A DNA stretch of 64,000 nucleotides from Amoebophrya sp. A120 (GCA_905178155.1 CAJINV010000003.1:331091-395090), one strand, 5' to 3'; positions 1 to 13,374 are shown, counted from the stretch's first letter. Translations and numbers: made by a program. Notes: generated by a model from the letters alone, not told the origin.

Positions 1-3000
1 CCGGGCCGTGGCGGAACCCAAGCAGCCCGAGGCGGACTGGTTCATCGTGGGGGCGGGGAACGACAACGAGAAGCCCATCGACGAGGACGAGTTGCTCGCG
101 GAGCTCCGCTATCCTGTGCAAAGGTATCGTACTCGTAGTCACTGCAGTCATGCATTACAAATCTTTTCCCTAAGGCAAATCCGCATTGCAAATTTGATTT
201 CTCAATCTGAGGAAATTTGTAATGCATTTATACGAGTGCGATACTTCTGGTTCTGCAGTTCATATCCACGCCGAAACCGGGAATCCGGACTACCAGCTGG
301 AAAAGGAACTGCGCCCCATCGCGAACAACAACGACCTGATTGCCTGGCTGGTGCGGTCCATTCTGTCGCACCGCGCCAACGTGAACATCATGAACCTGCG
401 GGGCGACACGCCCGTGGTAACGGCGATCCGCAACGGCCACAACTGCGAGGTGGTGAAACTGCTTCTGGACTACAAGGCGCACGTGCAGTATCGCAAGCGC
501 CCGCTCATCGAAACCGAGCCGGACGAGGAACTACCTCCCGAAGAGGAAGAAACCGATAACAACAAACCGCCGGACGACGCCGAGGACAAAGACCGGCGGA
601 AGGTTCTAGACGACGAGCAGTACCTGTCGGCCCTGACGATCGCGGTGAAGTGCCGCCGGTCACCGGAAACGCTGCTGACGATTCTGATGCAAAAGAAGGT
701 GGACTGCAACGTGGTGGATTGTGACGACATATCCTGTGCAAAAGTATCGTACTCGTATTGCAATCATGCATATACAAATCTTTAACTTTATCTTAAGGTA
801 AATCCGCATTACAAATTTTATCTCTCATGCTGAGGACATCGACATTTGTAATGCTTTTATACGAGTACGATACTTTTGCAATGCATACGACATCAAGCAG
901 AAATCGCTTCTGCACTACGCGGTCCGCCAGCGTGACATCGCCTTGACGGCAATTTTACCCTGTGCAAAAGTATCGTATTCGTATAAATGCAAGTCTTGCA
1001 TTACAAATATTTTTCTTAACGCAAATCAGCATGACAAATTTCATTTCTCATGCTGAGGAAATTTGTAATGCATTTATACGAGTGCGATACTTTTGCACTG
1101 CATAAATTTTGCTGCAGTCCAAGCGGACGGAACAGCTGGATTGCAACATCCCGGACTTCCTCGGGTGGACGCCGATCTACGAAGCCATCGACTTGAAGGA
1201 CGAGGCCATGGTGGAGCTGCTCGCGGACTCGCAGCTGCAGATCCGGCAATTCAACGATTTGGGGCCAAAACTGTGGAAAACCGTGAGCGGGTGGCCGACG
1301 GCAGTGCGGAAGCCCACGATCAAGGACCCGAAAACCGGACGGAAGGTGCTGCGCGACCCGACGTATGCATTGCAAAAGAATCGCACTCGTATAAATGCAT
1401 TAAAGATTATTTCCTCAGCATGAAAAAAATTTGTATATGCGGACATACTTCAAGTTTGTAATGCATGATTGCAATACGAGCGCGATACTTTTGCACAGGA
1501 TACGACGCGGGTTAGGGTCGACGTGCTGGACAAGCAGGGGGTTTCGCCGCTGTGCCACGCCATTTTGAAACGGTGGGTCGAGGGGGTCAAGTGCCTCTTG
1601 AAATTTTGGCCCTCGATCGCGTTCTCGACGGGGTTGCCGCTTCGCGTCGCGTGCCGGCTGACGGACGTGGTGACGCGGGGGGACAGGGCCCGCCTGGAGA
1701 TCGTGGACCATCTGCGGATGATTGGGTCCGAGCTATTCCCCTCCGTGGTCGAGCAGGGGCACATATGCATCGCAAATATGTAGTCTGGGTCTGGAAAGTT
1801 GGAACTTGTCATGCTAAAAAGTCTGGATCCGTTGCAAAAAATATATGTGTTGCGTGATTTTTCCCCAGAAAAGTTGTCAGCGTTTGACGGAGTAGTTGGA
1901 GGGAGTTTCTCATGTTCATGTAGGATATAGGCATGGTTGCACTAGAGATCTTACACAATCAATCTGTCACGCTAGAAGGTCCTGCATTCCAGAATCCAGA
2001 CCTCATTGGTCATGGAAAACCCGCGTGACAAGTTTTGCAATATTGTTCCAGACCCAGACAACATATTTGCATTTGATAGCACACCCTGGCGCACGACGCG
2101 GAGCTGATGCGGCTGATCCAGAAGCACGAGGAGGCCGAGAAGCTGAAGCGGCAGCGGGCCGGAATGGATCCGAAGGCTCTGGAGCGGCAGCAAAAGAAGA
2201 AACGCAAGGAACTGGGCCTCCGCGACGACGAGGAGCTCCCCGGCGAGAACGACAACTTTGAGGACCCGGTGTCCTACTACGTATGCGAAGAAAAAAAAAT
2301 ATGTGAGTGTACTTAAATCCGTGATGCAAAACACACAACATAGTTACCGCTGTCATGCTGGCCAGCCATCAACTCCTGTTTTCGTATGTGTTTTCCTTTT
2401 CACGTACAGGCTGCGCATGACAGGTTTTCTCTGTCATGCAGTGACAGGCTTTCTCTGTCATGCAGAGCAAATTTATCATGCTGTCACTCGCCAAGACACC
2501 TACACTCACGCAGTTTTTTTCTTGGATACTACGTGCGCAACTACTACAATGACCCGGGCTCCGACGAAAATTCCGCGGTGTATGCCGCCATGCAAAACGA
2601 CGCCAAACTGCTGGAAGTTCTCTCCAAGTACCGACCGCCACCCGGCGTGGCCTCGCCGGACTACCCGAATCGTGCGCCCACGTCGGACCATCTGACGGCC
2701 GCGCTCTGCGTGCCCAACATCAACCAAGATATGCGAAGAAGACAGTGTTTTACAGTTTTCACATAGTGTGCTGTTCTTGCAGGAGACCAGGCAAGAAGAT
2801 AGATACGTGAAATAGAGGCCTGTCATCTTGCTGGATAGACTCGGGACGAGCCTGGTTTGTTCATACGCGTTGATAGTTGATTTCCCTCACGATGTCTGCA
2901 TTCTTGCGTGTTTTCTCTGTCATGAAGACGAGGAGCACGTTCTTTGTGTTGCTGAGGTTAATACGACAAGGGCAACAAGTGTGTAAAAACAGTTTTTTCT

Positions 3001-4004
3001 GGCCGCAATAGAGGAGTGCGCGCGTATCCTTGTGGAACACAAGGCGGATCCGAACGGGCAAATGTACGTGCACGACGCGATCGCCGCTGCCATCCTGGAA
3101 AACATTCGCGGCAAGCCGAAGAGGGAGGCTTTTCTGAAGGGCCTGGGGAAGTACGAGCTGACGGACCGGCGGGAATTCGAAGACACGATCTTCGCGGTTA
3201 CGCACTCCGACGCGGTCACGCTGCACACGACCCAGATTGGGCTGGGGCGCGCAACCGAGGAAACCGAGGCGCGGTGGGATCCCGCGGTCGCGACGGAGAT
3301 GATCCGCAACCCGCGGTTCAATTTGCACCAGCAAAAAACGGCCGCGAATGTGCTGTCCGTTCCGAGCAGTCGCGGCCGTAACGCTTTGGCGCAGCAGCAG
3401 GAGAAGAGCCAGTTGGTGCGCGGGTTGCCGCCGCACGTGGAGATGCCCCGGGAACCGCCGGCGAAAGAGCGGGAAACGAGTCCGTTGCTGAAAGCAGCAG
3501 ATCAGGAAGACATCATCAGCGAGGACTTTTTGCGCGACCAGGTGTCACATCTGCGGGAGCGGCGAACGCCCGCCATGATTGCCTGTACCACGGGCAAGCC
3601 AGATGTGTTGGCGCTGCTGGACGCCCGCGGAGCCGATATTGAGGCCATGGAATCAACCTCTGGTTGGTCCACGCACATCTACGCCGCACGTGCAAACCAC
3701 CTGCAGAAGGTGGCCCTTGCAAGTCTAAGAAATGCCTGATACTTCAACTTACTTTATTTGTATCTATTACTTTGCTGTGAACCTGAACTTGAAGGGGTAC
3801 GCTGGAGAAGCTCCTTCGCCAAAGAATCTAGGTGGCGCGCATCTTCGCGGAATCGACCGTCTTCACACGAAGGTCTTGCCAGGGTGGGTGTTTTTGGGAG
3901 GTGCTGCAGCACCAGTGGTGACCCGTGTTCGCCAAGATACAACCTGGTGCATGTCCGAAAATTACTTTACTACGTTTGATCATCATGAAAAAATGTATGA
4001 ATAG
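1..4004 (+). CDS. Ankyrin-repeat protein (5'-partial, split by 7 introners; 3' end uncertain, 3709-4004)
   Basis: Removing each element plus one 5-bp TSD joins one frame with ankyrin motifs: NLRGDTPVVTAIRNGHNCEVVKLLLDYKA, DIKQKSLLHYAVRQRD, DFLGWTPIYEAI, DKQGVSPLCHAI, RRTPAMIACTTGKPDVLALLDARGADIE. Confidence 0.8.
110..264. mobile_element. Introner, family A
   Basis: TATCCTGTGCAAAGGTATCGTACTCGTA...TACGAGTGCGATACTT...GCAGTTCATA; TSD TCCGC/TCCAC. Confidence 0.85.
730..887. mobile_element. Introner, family A
   Basis: TATCCTGTGCAAAAGTATCGTACTCGTA...TACGAGTACGATACTTTTGCAATGCATA; perfect TSD CGACA; removal gives DCDDIKQKSLLHYAV. Confidence 0.92.
956..1104. mobile_element. Introner, family A
   Basis: TACCCTGTGCAAAAGTATCG...CGATACTTTTGCACTGCATA; TSD AATTT. 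Confidence 0.9.
1364..1502. mobile_element. Introner, family A (inverted orientation)
   Basis: TATGCATTGCAAAAGAATCGCACTCGTA...GATACTTTTGCACAGGATA; TSD CGACG. Confidence 0.9.
1764..2078. mobile_element. Introner, family B
   Basis: TATGCATCGCAAATATG..TCTGGGTCTGGAA...TTCCAGACCCAGACA..ATATTTGCATTTGATA; TSD GCACA. Confidence 0.9.
2282..2528. mobile_element. Introner, family C
   Basis: TATGCGAAGAAAAAAAAATATGTGAGTGTA...TACACTCACGCAGTTTTTTTCTTGGATA; TSD CTACG; removal gives VSYYVRNYY. Confidence 0.85.
2730..3010. mobile_element. Introner, family C-like, degenerate
   Basis: TATGCGAAGAAGACAGTGTTTTACA...TGTAAAAACAGTTTTTTCTGGCCGCAATA; decayed TSD CAAGA/GAGGA; the 5-bp offset still restores the frame (NINQECARILVEH). 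Confidence 0.7.
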
Positions 4005-4100
4005 AACGATCGAAGGATCTTGAAGATCAGCTGAGGGTTTCGAAGAAGACGCATGTAACCGATCTTCATCGTTTTTTCTTGCTCTGAGCAAGCCAGTGAA

Positions 4101-5952
4101 ATGCGGCGCATTGTTCCACCTCGGTTGCTCCATTCGGGTGGCCGACCCTCATGCGTCGAAACGGGTCGTTCTTCCCTGATATCCGGCAGCGACAGCTGCT
4201 GCTCTTGCACGAAAAGGGAACTTTTTTTCCCTGCTCTGCGTTGCGATTTGAAGACGGGAGGTGATGGAGGCACGTCCAGCTCTTCGTCGAGCAGCAAGGC
4301 CTTCATCTCTTGGCGAAGGAGAATGAGCAGTGCCGTGACGTCGACCCCATCCGCAGACGAACTGCTTCGAGGAGGTGGAGCACCAGCCGGAACTACTTCT
4401 ACTGGACGCACGACAGGACGGACGAGCGAGCTGCAGCACCAGTGGACCACCCGAAACGCGCTCCCGCTTCCGAGCATCGGCGGGACTAGTAGTATCAGTG
4501 CTACTACAGTCCTGCCAACCGGGACGAGGTTTTCGCGAACAAGCGGCAAGAACCAGCCACATGAAGTTCTGCAGCGGCAGTCGTTCTGGGAATTGCGGTC
4601 GGCCTTTCTGGACGAGCTTTTTCGCCAGCAATTCAAGTACCAGTTGAAGCCCCTCGGGATACTGCCCATCTGGGCCCTGCAGCGCACCGTTCCAAGAAAT
4701 GAGTACCGGTTCATGATGGTCGCCACCTTCCCGCTCGTTGCGCTCACCGGAGCTGCGGTGGCTATGCACCTCTACTACACGTCGTCGACCACATCGACCG
4801 GCACCTCCGCGGAAGAGGACGAGGGAACAAGTACAGAAAAAGAGAATTATCCTGCCGGAGCAGCAGTTACACTTACTGCACAGCACCAAGACGTCGGGAC
4901 CACGCGGGTTTTCCAGGTAAACCCGGGCGTACTTTGCAATTGGGCCCTGATGTACGCGTGGATGCTGTTGATCGGAAGGTCGGCAATACACTACGGGCTC
5001 CAGCTCGGGGAATTTGCTGTGCCAAACGTGAGCAGCTGGGGGGGAAACCTGTTCCTGTCCCGCCTGCTGCCGCCGATCGGCTTCTTCCTGCTCGGAACAG
5101 CTCTTCTAACCATGTGCGAAAGCAACGACCACTGGCGCGACGCGAATCAACTCACTCTGCTGGCGTACATTTTCATTTTCTTTCATTTTATACTGCAGGG
5201 TTGGGATTCTGAATGTGATGCAAATTTGAGTTGTAGAAGAACATCTCAACTACAAGCAATTTTGAATTTGTTCATTGGATCAAAAAAAGCTCAAAAAAAC
5301 AGGTTCATGGTGCAATTCTGGTTGTATGACTTCTGGAATTTTCATCACGGCGGACTGGCACCGCAGTATTGGGGTCCCCTGTGCATGGCGCAGTCTATTG
5401 CGTCCATGCTGTGTCTGCAAACGATCGGCTACCTCATGCGGCAGTACAGCGTGGCGACGGCGGAAGCAGGGGAGTTTCGCATTTTCCCCAAGGAGGAAGA
5501 AATCGCAAGAACCGCCACGGTACCAAATGCAAATATGTCCGGGTCTGGAAACTTGTGATGCTAAAATGTGGATGATGGAAACAGTTGCGAATGCAACACA
5601 GCATGACAACTTTTCGAGACGCCTTTTCATAGGCAATCCGCATGAGAAACTGCGGTTTTGCATGTACAAAAGAGGCTGCGACTTGTTTTGTTGGTTATGC
5701 AATACATCAGATTTCCTAGGTATGCAAAGCTAGCATTACAAGTCCCACTCTTCCAGACCAAGACATATTTGCACTGGATAAACGGCAGCAGCCGGGGAGC
5801 AAGAGCAAGCAGCCAGGGGAACCACGATGGGAAAAGCCGCGTCAGGGCGTGGAGCAATAATCGATGACATTAACGCTCACATCGATTCGTGGCTTGGGAT
5901 CTCAGCCTCGAACACGCCGGGGCAAGAGCCTCCTTACAAAGTTGGAACATAA
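4101..5952 (+). CDS. Multi-pass membrane protein, unknown function (start codon uncertain)
   Basis: 485-aa ORF with several hydrophobic segments; continues in frame after the 5521-5780 introner (ATAAAGEQEQ...KVGT*) to TAA at 5950-5952. Confidence 0.6.
5521..5780. mobile_element. Introner, family B
   Basis: TACCAAATGCAAATATGTCCGGGTCTGGAA...TTCCAGACCAAGACATATTTGCACTGGATA; TSD CACGG/AACGG. Confidence 0.88.
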
Positions 5953-6528
5953 ATAAAACGTCCTACCATTGGATTGGAACACTATAGCATAGCTGAGCAT
6001 GGGGTTTGGCGTGTCGGAACTTTAAGAGTGCAGCCGAGTATCCTCGTCACGATCATGATTGAAGCAAAGGTGATGTACAGATCGCGCAATATCTTATCTA
6101 CAGATGAGAAAAGCAGACATGGATTGTGCGCGAGTCCTGCTTGTAGCACAGTTGATGTTCTTCGATTTCGTGACCAGTACCAAACCCAAACGGACAATCG
6201 TGGCATTTAGTACTAGTTGGTCATTTTCTACGAGGGACCCCGAGGGAGTGAAAAAGCGAAATTGATGTAATTGAAGAGAGCCTGAGAGTTTGTTAGAGTA
6301 TAGCGGATGCCCACCAGATTGTTGGTTCCGAGCATGCTAATGCTATTGGGTCCAAGCATGCTAATGCTCTCTTGATGGATTCGCGTTTTTGTGTGAATGA
6401 TTTCGCAACAAGTTTTCATTAGTGTAGAACTAGAACAACTCAAGGCATATAGAAGTAGATATTGATTCTGATTTCGTAGGCTTCCCGTCGGTGTCGGTCG
6501 ACGGACAGTCGGCAGAAACACGTCGCAA

Positions 6529-7317
6529 ATGCCGCGTCGCAGCTTTTTCTTCAAAGAGAACTTGCTAGCCTTGACCAGTTTCTTGGCGACGACTTCCGCT
6601 ACGGCTTCCGCGCATGGGCATCAACTACAAACTTCCAAGGCGGCGGCCAAGTCGGGAAACACGGCAACAGCCTCTGGCGGTGGGGACGAAAATGATGTGA
6701 CTGCAAGCGACATTCCGTCGTCCAAGAGCGTTGCGCTTGAGCTGGACACCGCCGGGGCGAGTAGTCCTTACTCGCGAGGAAGTAAACCCGCGTTCGCGCT
6801 GGGTGAAGAGGAAGACGGGGCATCCCCGGCAGGACGGGATCCAGAAGCGGACTTCCTCGAGCGCACCCACTCATCGGCGCAAGCTTCCACAAGACGAGCC
6901 GCCACAAGAAATCGACAAGAAAGCTCGAGAAGGATGCGAGCAAACCCGTCCAAGCCGAGGAACAAATGCGACAGAAACCCTCCCCACCCGTGTTGCGAAT
7001 ACAAGAGCAAGCACGAGAGTGACTTTGCGCACCTTGCTGTGGATGCGCTGTTTGTTCCAGACGGAAATCTGTCAAGGTGGACGTGTGTGGAGAAAGGACA
7101 CGCGGGACAAGAGTGCAACAACCTACGAGAAGACTTCTGCGCCGATGATGATGATCAAGAACATGAAGATGTTGATTCAGCAGACGCAATCTCTAGCTCC
7201 GGTTCGGCAAGGTCCTCCAGCTCGGGAAGCTCTTCCGGCTCGGGAAGCTCCTCGAGCTCGGGCGGACGGTTTTCACGCTTCCGGCAGTGGTGGCGGGAAG
7301 ATGACCACGAGCAGTAG
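6529..7317 (+). CDS. Hypothetical protein, possibly secreted, with a Cys-rich domain
   Basis: 262-aa single ORF; N-terminal hydrophobic stretch LLALTSFLATTSATASA; Cys cluster and Ser-rich tail. Confidence 0.55.
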   Translation: MPRRSFFFKENLLALTSFLATTSATASAHGHQLQTSKAAAKSGNTATASGGGDENDVTASDIPSSKSVALELDTAGASSPYSRGSKPAFALGEEEDGASPAGRDPEADFLERTHSSAQASTRRAATRNRQESSRRMRANPSKPRNKCDRNPPHPCCEYKSKHESDFAHLAVDALFVPDGNLSRWTCVEKGHAGQECNNLREDFCADDDDQEHEDVDSADAISSSGSARSSSSGSSSGSGSSSSSGGRFSRFRQWWREDDHEQ

Positions 7318-7381
7318 GGAAATCTTACGGTTACGGGCGAAAGGAGATGAGGGGCAGAACAAAGCTGATTATAGATGCTTT

Positions 7382-7409
7382 ATCATCATCATAATCATCA
7401 TCATCATCA
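7382..7409. repeat. (ATC)n microsatellite
   Basis: atcatcatcataatcatcatcatcatca just downstream of the 6529-7317 ORF. Confidence 0.7.
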
Positions 7410-9618
7410 CGCATTTAGGACGTTTTTTTTCTTGAATCCGGGCGACAGAGCGCCGAGCAGATTGTTGATTGAATTGACAAGTTGGTGAATTTTGAGTTTA
7501 ATTATATGTAGCGAGTTCACCGAACGGTAACGGTTCCACTTCTAACCTGGTTTTTTAATATAAGTAGCTGACGACGACTCGTTCTCGTCGAAGTTGTGAG
7601 GGTCTTCGATGTCTTTGCGTAACAGCGCGTATTTTTTCGAGTCAGCCACTGACGGGCGGAACGAGTGACCATCGAGTGAAAAGCAAATGGAGCAAAACTG
7701 GCCACGTACAAGAGCGTCTGAGCAAGGCAAGAAGGGGAGGGCAGTGATTATGCACTTGCGTCCGGTTTTGCAAATGACAGACGAGAAAAGGGAGTCGGAG
7801 TAGAGAGAGCAGAAAAGGAAAAGCAAACACAACTTGTTCTTAAGTGTGGAATGCTCTAGGGAGCGTACCTTAACTTCCACGAGCTGTCCAGATAAAACGT
7901 GAACGCTGGCTGCATTTTTTTCGTCGAAGAAAGACAAACAACAGTATACATCACTAATTTTGAGAACGACTCGTCTGGGCCCAATTTTTCGTAAAGAGAA
8001 ACCATGAGCTTGAGTACTTCCAGAGAGCAAGAAAAGCGTTAGTCAACTACACCATCCACACCGAACCGATGAAACGGCAGCCCGACCGATTCGGTCTTTC
8101 GCACCGGATGAAAAAGTGCGCCTCCCAGTGGCAGTAAGGGAGTACTGGATTCTTCGCTACGCCTACGCGAGTTGCAGCTGCCATTTGGCTTGCAATGAAG
8201 ACCTCTGCCTGCTGCACGTGGTTCTGCATTTTCTTTCCACGCAAAAAGGCACGCAACAAAAGCTTGGAGGAACTCCGTATCTTAATCTTGCTAAGAACTG
8301 TACGTTCTATGTACATTTACAACATGATCATTTTGTTCTCATCGAATGGCTTCTTCAGAAAACGATTTGCATTTGCTATTGCTTCTGTTACAGAAGGTCG
8401 GGCGGCAAGAGTGTCCAGTTCAACACGGTATTAATCGTAGCCTTTTCTTTGCAAAACCATGAAAATAACCTTCAGATTCCCAACCAGCATTCGAAAAGTC
8501 TCAAGCCCCTCCGGAGGACCTCATCCGCGGCATGTTGGAACAGGCCGAGCACCGCAAGAGCATGGGCCAGCACAGATGCATTGCAGACAGGAACGCCCTG
8601 GTCCACTTCACCGCAGCAAACACCGTATGAAATGATTTCAGTCCTTCTGTCCTTCTGTTTCTTGGTTTAAGTGTATAGAGGATGGTAGTTGTGGTTGCAG
8701 TAGCGCTACGTACGTATGATAGATAAAAAGCAGAAATACGTCAACATCAATTTTCTACCCCTGCAGGTTCCCATCGGCGCACGGGAGATAAAACGGCAGC
8801 CACCTTCACCACCAAGATCAGCATCTTTTAAACATCTCGACAGATGATAAGAAATTATAGTCTGCAAAACGAACAGGAGTTGAAAAAGTTTCCAAAAAGT
8901 TAAGATTATAATGCGAGAGAAATTCGCCTTCGCGTGGCCGAATAAGTATTTGAAACGGCGATATTTTGCATGGGTGTGTTCGCACTTTCAACGCGTCTGT
9001 TCAACATCGTCGTGAAGAAGAAGATATTAAAGAAGCAGTTGCATCATGATATCAAAAGTACTTTTTGAAGGAATCGGTCACGGTCCGAAAAGGACCTGCT
9101 GTGCAGCGTCTGTTGAGCAAGCGTACTATTGCTTGTTATTTCGTGTGTTGTATTTTTCTTGTCGGTATTTTTGCGAGTACTATAATTCTCGGTCAGCAGT
9201 GGTTCTTATTCGTGTGCCTCGGTTGCAGTAGTTCTCACTTCGTGGCGTCGTTGTCACGCGTCGGTTGTCGTACGTGACGACGAATGTGTTTTCTCTTGGG
9301 TACCAGCGTGTAGGTGGCGTGCACGACGTGTTTTGTAGATTGCACTAGCACGACCAGTGCGTCAACCTCGTGTCCTGAGGAGTATCTCGCAGGCTTATCT
9401 TCATGATCTATCTTTTGTACTATGTACCATCCCCCGGTCCGCGACCGCACCACCTAGTCCTACAACTACTTCTATTCGTCACGACAAGAATGGGTGAGTA
9501 CTAGACGAACCCCCTCGTCCGTCGACGAGTAGTTTCAGACTCTGTAAGCAAAGCGTCTCTGTCTCGTCGATTTTCCTCCCACCACAACCTGATACAACTT
9601 GTTTAGGAAGCAAGCACC

Positions 9619-12600
9619 ATGCCCTTGGTAAACCTGGATGATCTGTTTCCGCCCAGCAGCGTGGAGTCTTCGGGCTCGGACGAAAAACTGGAGCACGTAG
9701 TTTTCTTGGGCGAGAGTAGGCAGAAAGTCACCGTGGAGGCCAGGGAAGAGGGCCTGACCGAAGAGCTGTTGAAGAAGGTATCTAAAGTGACGGGCGTGCC
9801 CGTTCGGTTTCTGCGGCTCACCGCGTTCACTGCTCCTGGGTACGGCGATGACACAGACGAACAGACCACCTGGAAACTTCTGCCGCTGGACACCCGTTAC
9901 AGCCAAACGAAGCAATATGCATCTTCGGATACGGATAAAGGAAATACTAGTACAACTGGTGATGAGGTGGATGGAGATGGAACAGCAAGAACATCCGGGC
10001 CGCGAGGTAGAAAACAACTCAAGTTTCACTTGACGCAAGTTTTGAAGAAGACGGACTGGGTGAGCGTTTTGACAGAAACGCAGCAACTTCTGGTGGCAGA
10101 CGGGACGCTGGCGAACCTGCCAGCCGATGAAGAGATTTCATCTGGCGGTGACGAGGAACAAGACGAGGGGTACTATTCAAGCAGCAGCTCCGGGGGGACA
10201 TCGTCATCAAGTGTCGTGTCCGATGACCCAGAGACCGCTGCGGCAAAGCAGGAGGACGCAGTATCAGAATGAAAAATGCCCCCACCCCCGAACTTGAAAG
10301 CATTTGTATTGCAAACCTTTCCAAATGAAACATTCGCCCTCTTGCACCTATCAGCATCACAGGTTTCCAATCGTGAATAGCGAAAATTTGTATTGCAAAA
10401 GACCCCAGCAAGAGCGGCGCTTGTCATGCAAGCGATGCGATAAACGCCTAGACTCTGCATCAGAAAGATTCATACTCCTTTCATGCATGACAAAAAGGTT
10501 TCATTTGGAAACTTCGCATCACAAATTTTTGCAATTTGAGGGGTGGGGGGCACTTTTCACTGTAATACGCAGAGTGGAGCTACATCGCGTCACTGTGGTT
10601 TCTATCAAATGTAAAAATGTCTGGGTCTGGAAGATTCCGATATTTGTCATGCAGTTTCTCCAAGCTCCACCAAGTCTGGAATGCAGGTCCTAGCATCACA
10701 GGATCTGCAGCCCCTTTGTGATGCCTGTTCTGCATGAGAAATGCCCCCTCAGCATGGCCAGAAATGAGCGCCTTTTATTGCAAGTCACGCAACACAGATT
10801 TTTGTATGATGCGCAACATGCATCACAAGTTGCATCCTTCCAGACTCAGACATTTTTGCATTTGATAGTTTCCCGAAACTGAGAAGGGCGATGTCGCGCA
10901 GGTCTTAGCCGCCATGGGTCGAGATGAAAAGAGTGCGAGCAGAACAAGGAACGACTCTACTTCTATGAAAGGTCGTACGATGAACACCAGAAGTGCTCGT
11001 GCCGGGAGCCGCGGTGCCACGGCAACTGAAGATAGAAGTGATTTTCCGCACCAGAGAATGAGGAGCAACCCTAGAGAGGAAGCCGCGCGGAGAAAAAAAG
11101 AGGAGCTCACAGTGACCTCGGTCAACGCGCCGGACATGAATGGATGGACGCTGATGGGACTTGCTTGTGCCCGGGGCCTGCCAAAATTGCTGACGTACGT
11201 GCTAGAAACCCTGGCCAGCGTCGAGCTGGTAAATCTGAGTCTTCGCGTGGAGGAAACCTGTAGTTTTTTGCGTAGTAGTTCGTCCATTTTTGCAGATGGG
11301 GATGCAATTGAAGAAGAAGAAGTGGAACAAGAACGGGAGAAAGGCTTCTTGAAATCACCCGCACAAGAAAGACCTCGGACGTCAAATCTCAAACGGAATC
11401 AAGACACGCCCGAAATGAAAATCAGACAGCGTTGGCGAAACCTTCCACCGCTTTTAGCCGCTATTCGCTATAACCCGTCGGACGCCTCCTCCGCGGAGGT
11501 GGTAGCAATCCTGCTGGATCAGGGTTTCGATGTGAACCCGAACGTGCGCGAGGGAGTCCGGTCGGACGGCTACACACCCCTACTGCTCGCGATCAAGAAG
11601 GCAAAATGGCAAACCGCAGCCGTGCTCTTGCAGAACGAGCGCATCGACGTGAACTGCATTTTGGAACAGGAAGTACCAGCTGCACGGACAGCAGCTGGAA
11701 CTACTGTTGAAAATAAAGGCCGCGAAGAAGGAGCAGTAGAGCCTTCAACACTGGTGGAGGGATCTTCTTTACGTTCGCAGGAAGCTGCGCTCGTCGGAGG
11801 CGATTTAGTAGACCAAGATGTTGTAAAGAAAGCGGAGATCATTCTTGTGCCAAAGATCATGAAGAAAAATACGAAGATTCGCACGAGATGGCCGTTGGGA
11901 TATTTTTCCAAGCGGTGGCGCGAGCTGCTGAAGCCTGAGGCGGAGGGGGAGCGGCAATTTTTGGCAAAGCTGGTGGCGCACCCGCTGATTTCGCCGGATC
12001 TTGTGCCGTCGGCCAAGAGCAAGGAGGACAAGAACAAGAAAACTCGAAGATCGAAATCCCCCCCACCACTGGACGGGGAGAAGATTTTTGAGCAGCCGAA
12101 GCCGAAGCGCATCCCCACGTGGTGTAGTTCGGTGATGGAGGCTCCCCCGCATGGGCAAAACGCTCTCATCTCCGCCTGTCGCTCGGGCAATGTGGTATTC
12201 GTGGAGATTTTTCTCACCCACTGCCTGCCAGAGAAGGTGTATCCCAAGAAAAAAGTGTATACAGTTTTTTTACACGACATCTGTATGCAACTTCAGCAAC
12301 ACAATAGACTTGCTCTGCATTTACAGATGAGAAATACAACTTGCAATGCGTCGATTCATCGTCCGAAGGGGAAACACGTATCAAACGAGGCTCGCATGCC
12401 TTTGCGGCATGAGAGAGGTTGTCTGTCATGCGCGTTCTGCAAGAACACATTGTATGACTGTAACAGTAACACTTTTTTCATTGCACAAATTGACGCGCGT
12501 GATCAACCGGCTCGACGACTTATCCTGTACAAAAGTATCGTACTCGTAGTGCAATCATGCATTACAAATTTTCTTGTTAAGTCAAATCCGCATATACAAA

Positions 12601-13374
12601 TTTTGTTTCTCATGCTAAGGAAATTTGTCATGCATTTATACGAGTGCGATACTTTTGCAATGCATACGACTACGCACGCTCTGCGGTCTATGAAGCAGCG
12701 ATTTTTTTGTCCCGGGACGCCACGGACACTGTGCGAGATATGGGATTCTCAAACGTTACATTCTCAACTGTTAGATGATTTGTCATGCAAAATTACCATA
12801 AGCCGCCGCGCCAGGGTCAGACGACCAAGGTTCTTACTTCGCGTGACAGATTCTGAAAGGGCGGCTAGGCAGCATCTAAACCCGTTCCCAATTTGTGATG
12901 CGAGAGTTGCGAGCTTGGGCTTGCCGATTACGATTTCACCGTTGCCGTTCTTGCGTCACATCAAATTGATGTATAACAGTTGAGAATGTAACGTTTGAGA
13001 ACGCCATGCGGGACTCGAAGAAGGTGGCGGCGGACATGGTGGAACTGCTTCTCCGTGTTGACAACATCGACGCGGGGCTACCCGACCTGGAAGGCTACCA
13101 ACCCCTGCAGCGGGCAGAGCAGCGGGGGTACGAGAAAGTGAAGCGCTTGCTGATTCGGGAGTACTACGAGAAGCACGGCCTGAAGTTCGAGCTCACGCGA
13201 GAGCCGCAGTACGAGATTAACTTTTTCCGGCTCCGCATCGGGGAGCAGCCGTGGCGGGGAGATCCGCCGTTCGGTGTCACGGGGAAGGAAATTTGGCACG
13301 ACTGGAAGAGAACAAGTCCGAGGTTTGGAAAGAAAGTAATCGTGACCGAGACCACTGCGACATTCTTCGAATGA
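9619..13374 (+). CDS. Ankyrin-repeat protein (5 introners, 3 micro-exons)
   Basis: ORFs 9619, 10914 and 13006 join via micro-exons AEWSYIASLWFP, TRVINRLDD and YARSAVYEAAIFLSRDATDTVRD. Ankyrin motifs: DMNGWTLMGLACARG, DGYTPLLLAIKK, GQNALISACRSG, DLEGYQPLQRAEQRG. Confidence 0.8.
10262..10567. mobile_element. Introner, family D
   Basis: TATCAGAATGAAAAATGCCCCCACCCCCGAA...TTGAGGGGTGGGGGGCACTTTTCACTGTAATA; TSD CGCAG. Confidence 0.88.
10603..10867. mobile_element. Introner, family B
   Basis: TATCAAATGTAAAAATGTCTGGGTCTGGAAG...CTTCCAGACTCAGACATTTTTGCATTTGATA; TSD GTTTC. Confidence 0.92.
12240..12487. mobile_element. Introner, family C-like, degenerate
   Basis: TATCCCAAGAAAAAAGTGTATACAG...CTGTAACAGTAACACTTTTTTCATTGCACA; decayed TSD AGGTG/AATTG; frame restored. 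Confidence 0.65.
12521..12666. mobile_element. Introner, family A
   Basis: TATCCTGTACAAAAGTATCGTACTCGTA...CGAGTGCGATACTTTTGCAATGCATA; TSD CGACT. Confidence 0.92.
12739..13008. mobile_element. Introner, family E (inverted relative to the 26369 and 41694 copies)
   Basis: TATGGGATTCTCAAACGTTACATTCTCAACTG...CAGTTGAGAATGTAACGTTTGAGAACGCCATG; TSD CGAGA/CGGGA. Confidence 0.88.

Noticed and set aside
5200-5302. Possible GT-AG intron in the membrane protein gene
   Set aside because: The stretch is AT-rich, but the obvious boundaries (103 nt) shift the frame and the ORF reads through; unresolved without cDNA.
12240-12983. C-terminal part of the 689-aa ORF and the recurring peptides MHLYECDTFA, CAKVSYSY, KMSGSGNL and FQTQTFLHLI
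   Set aside because: These are read-through translations of introner TIRs, not protein motifs.
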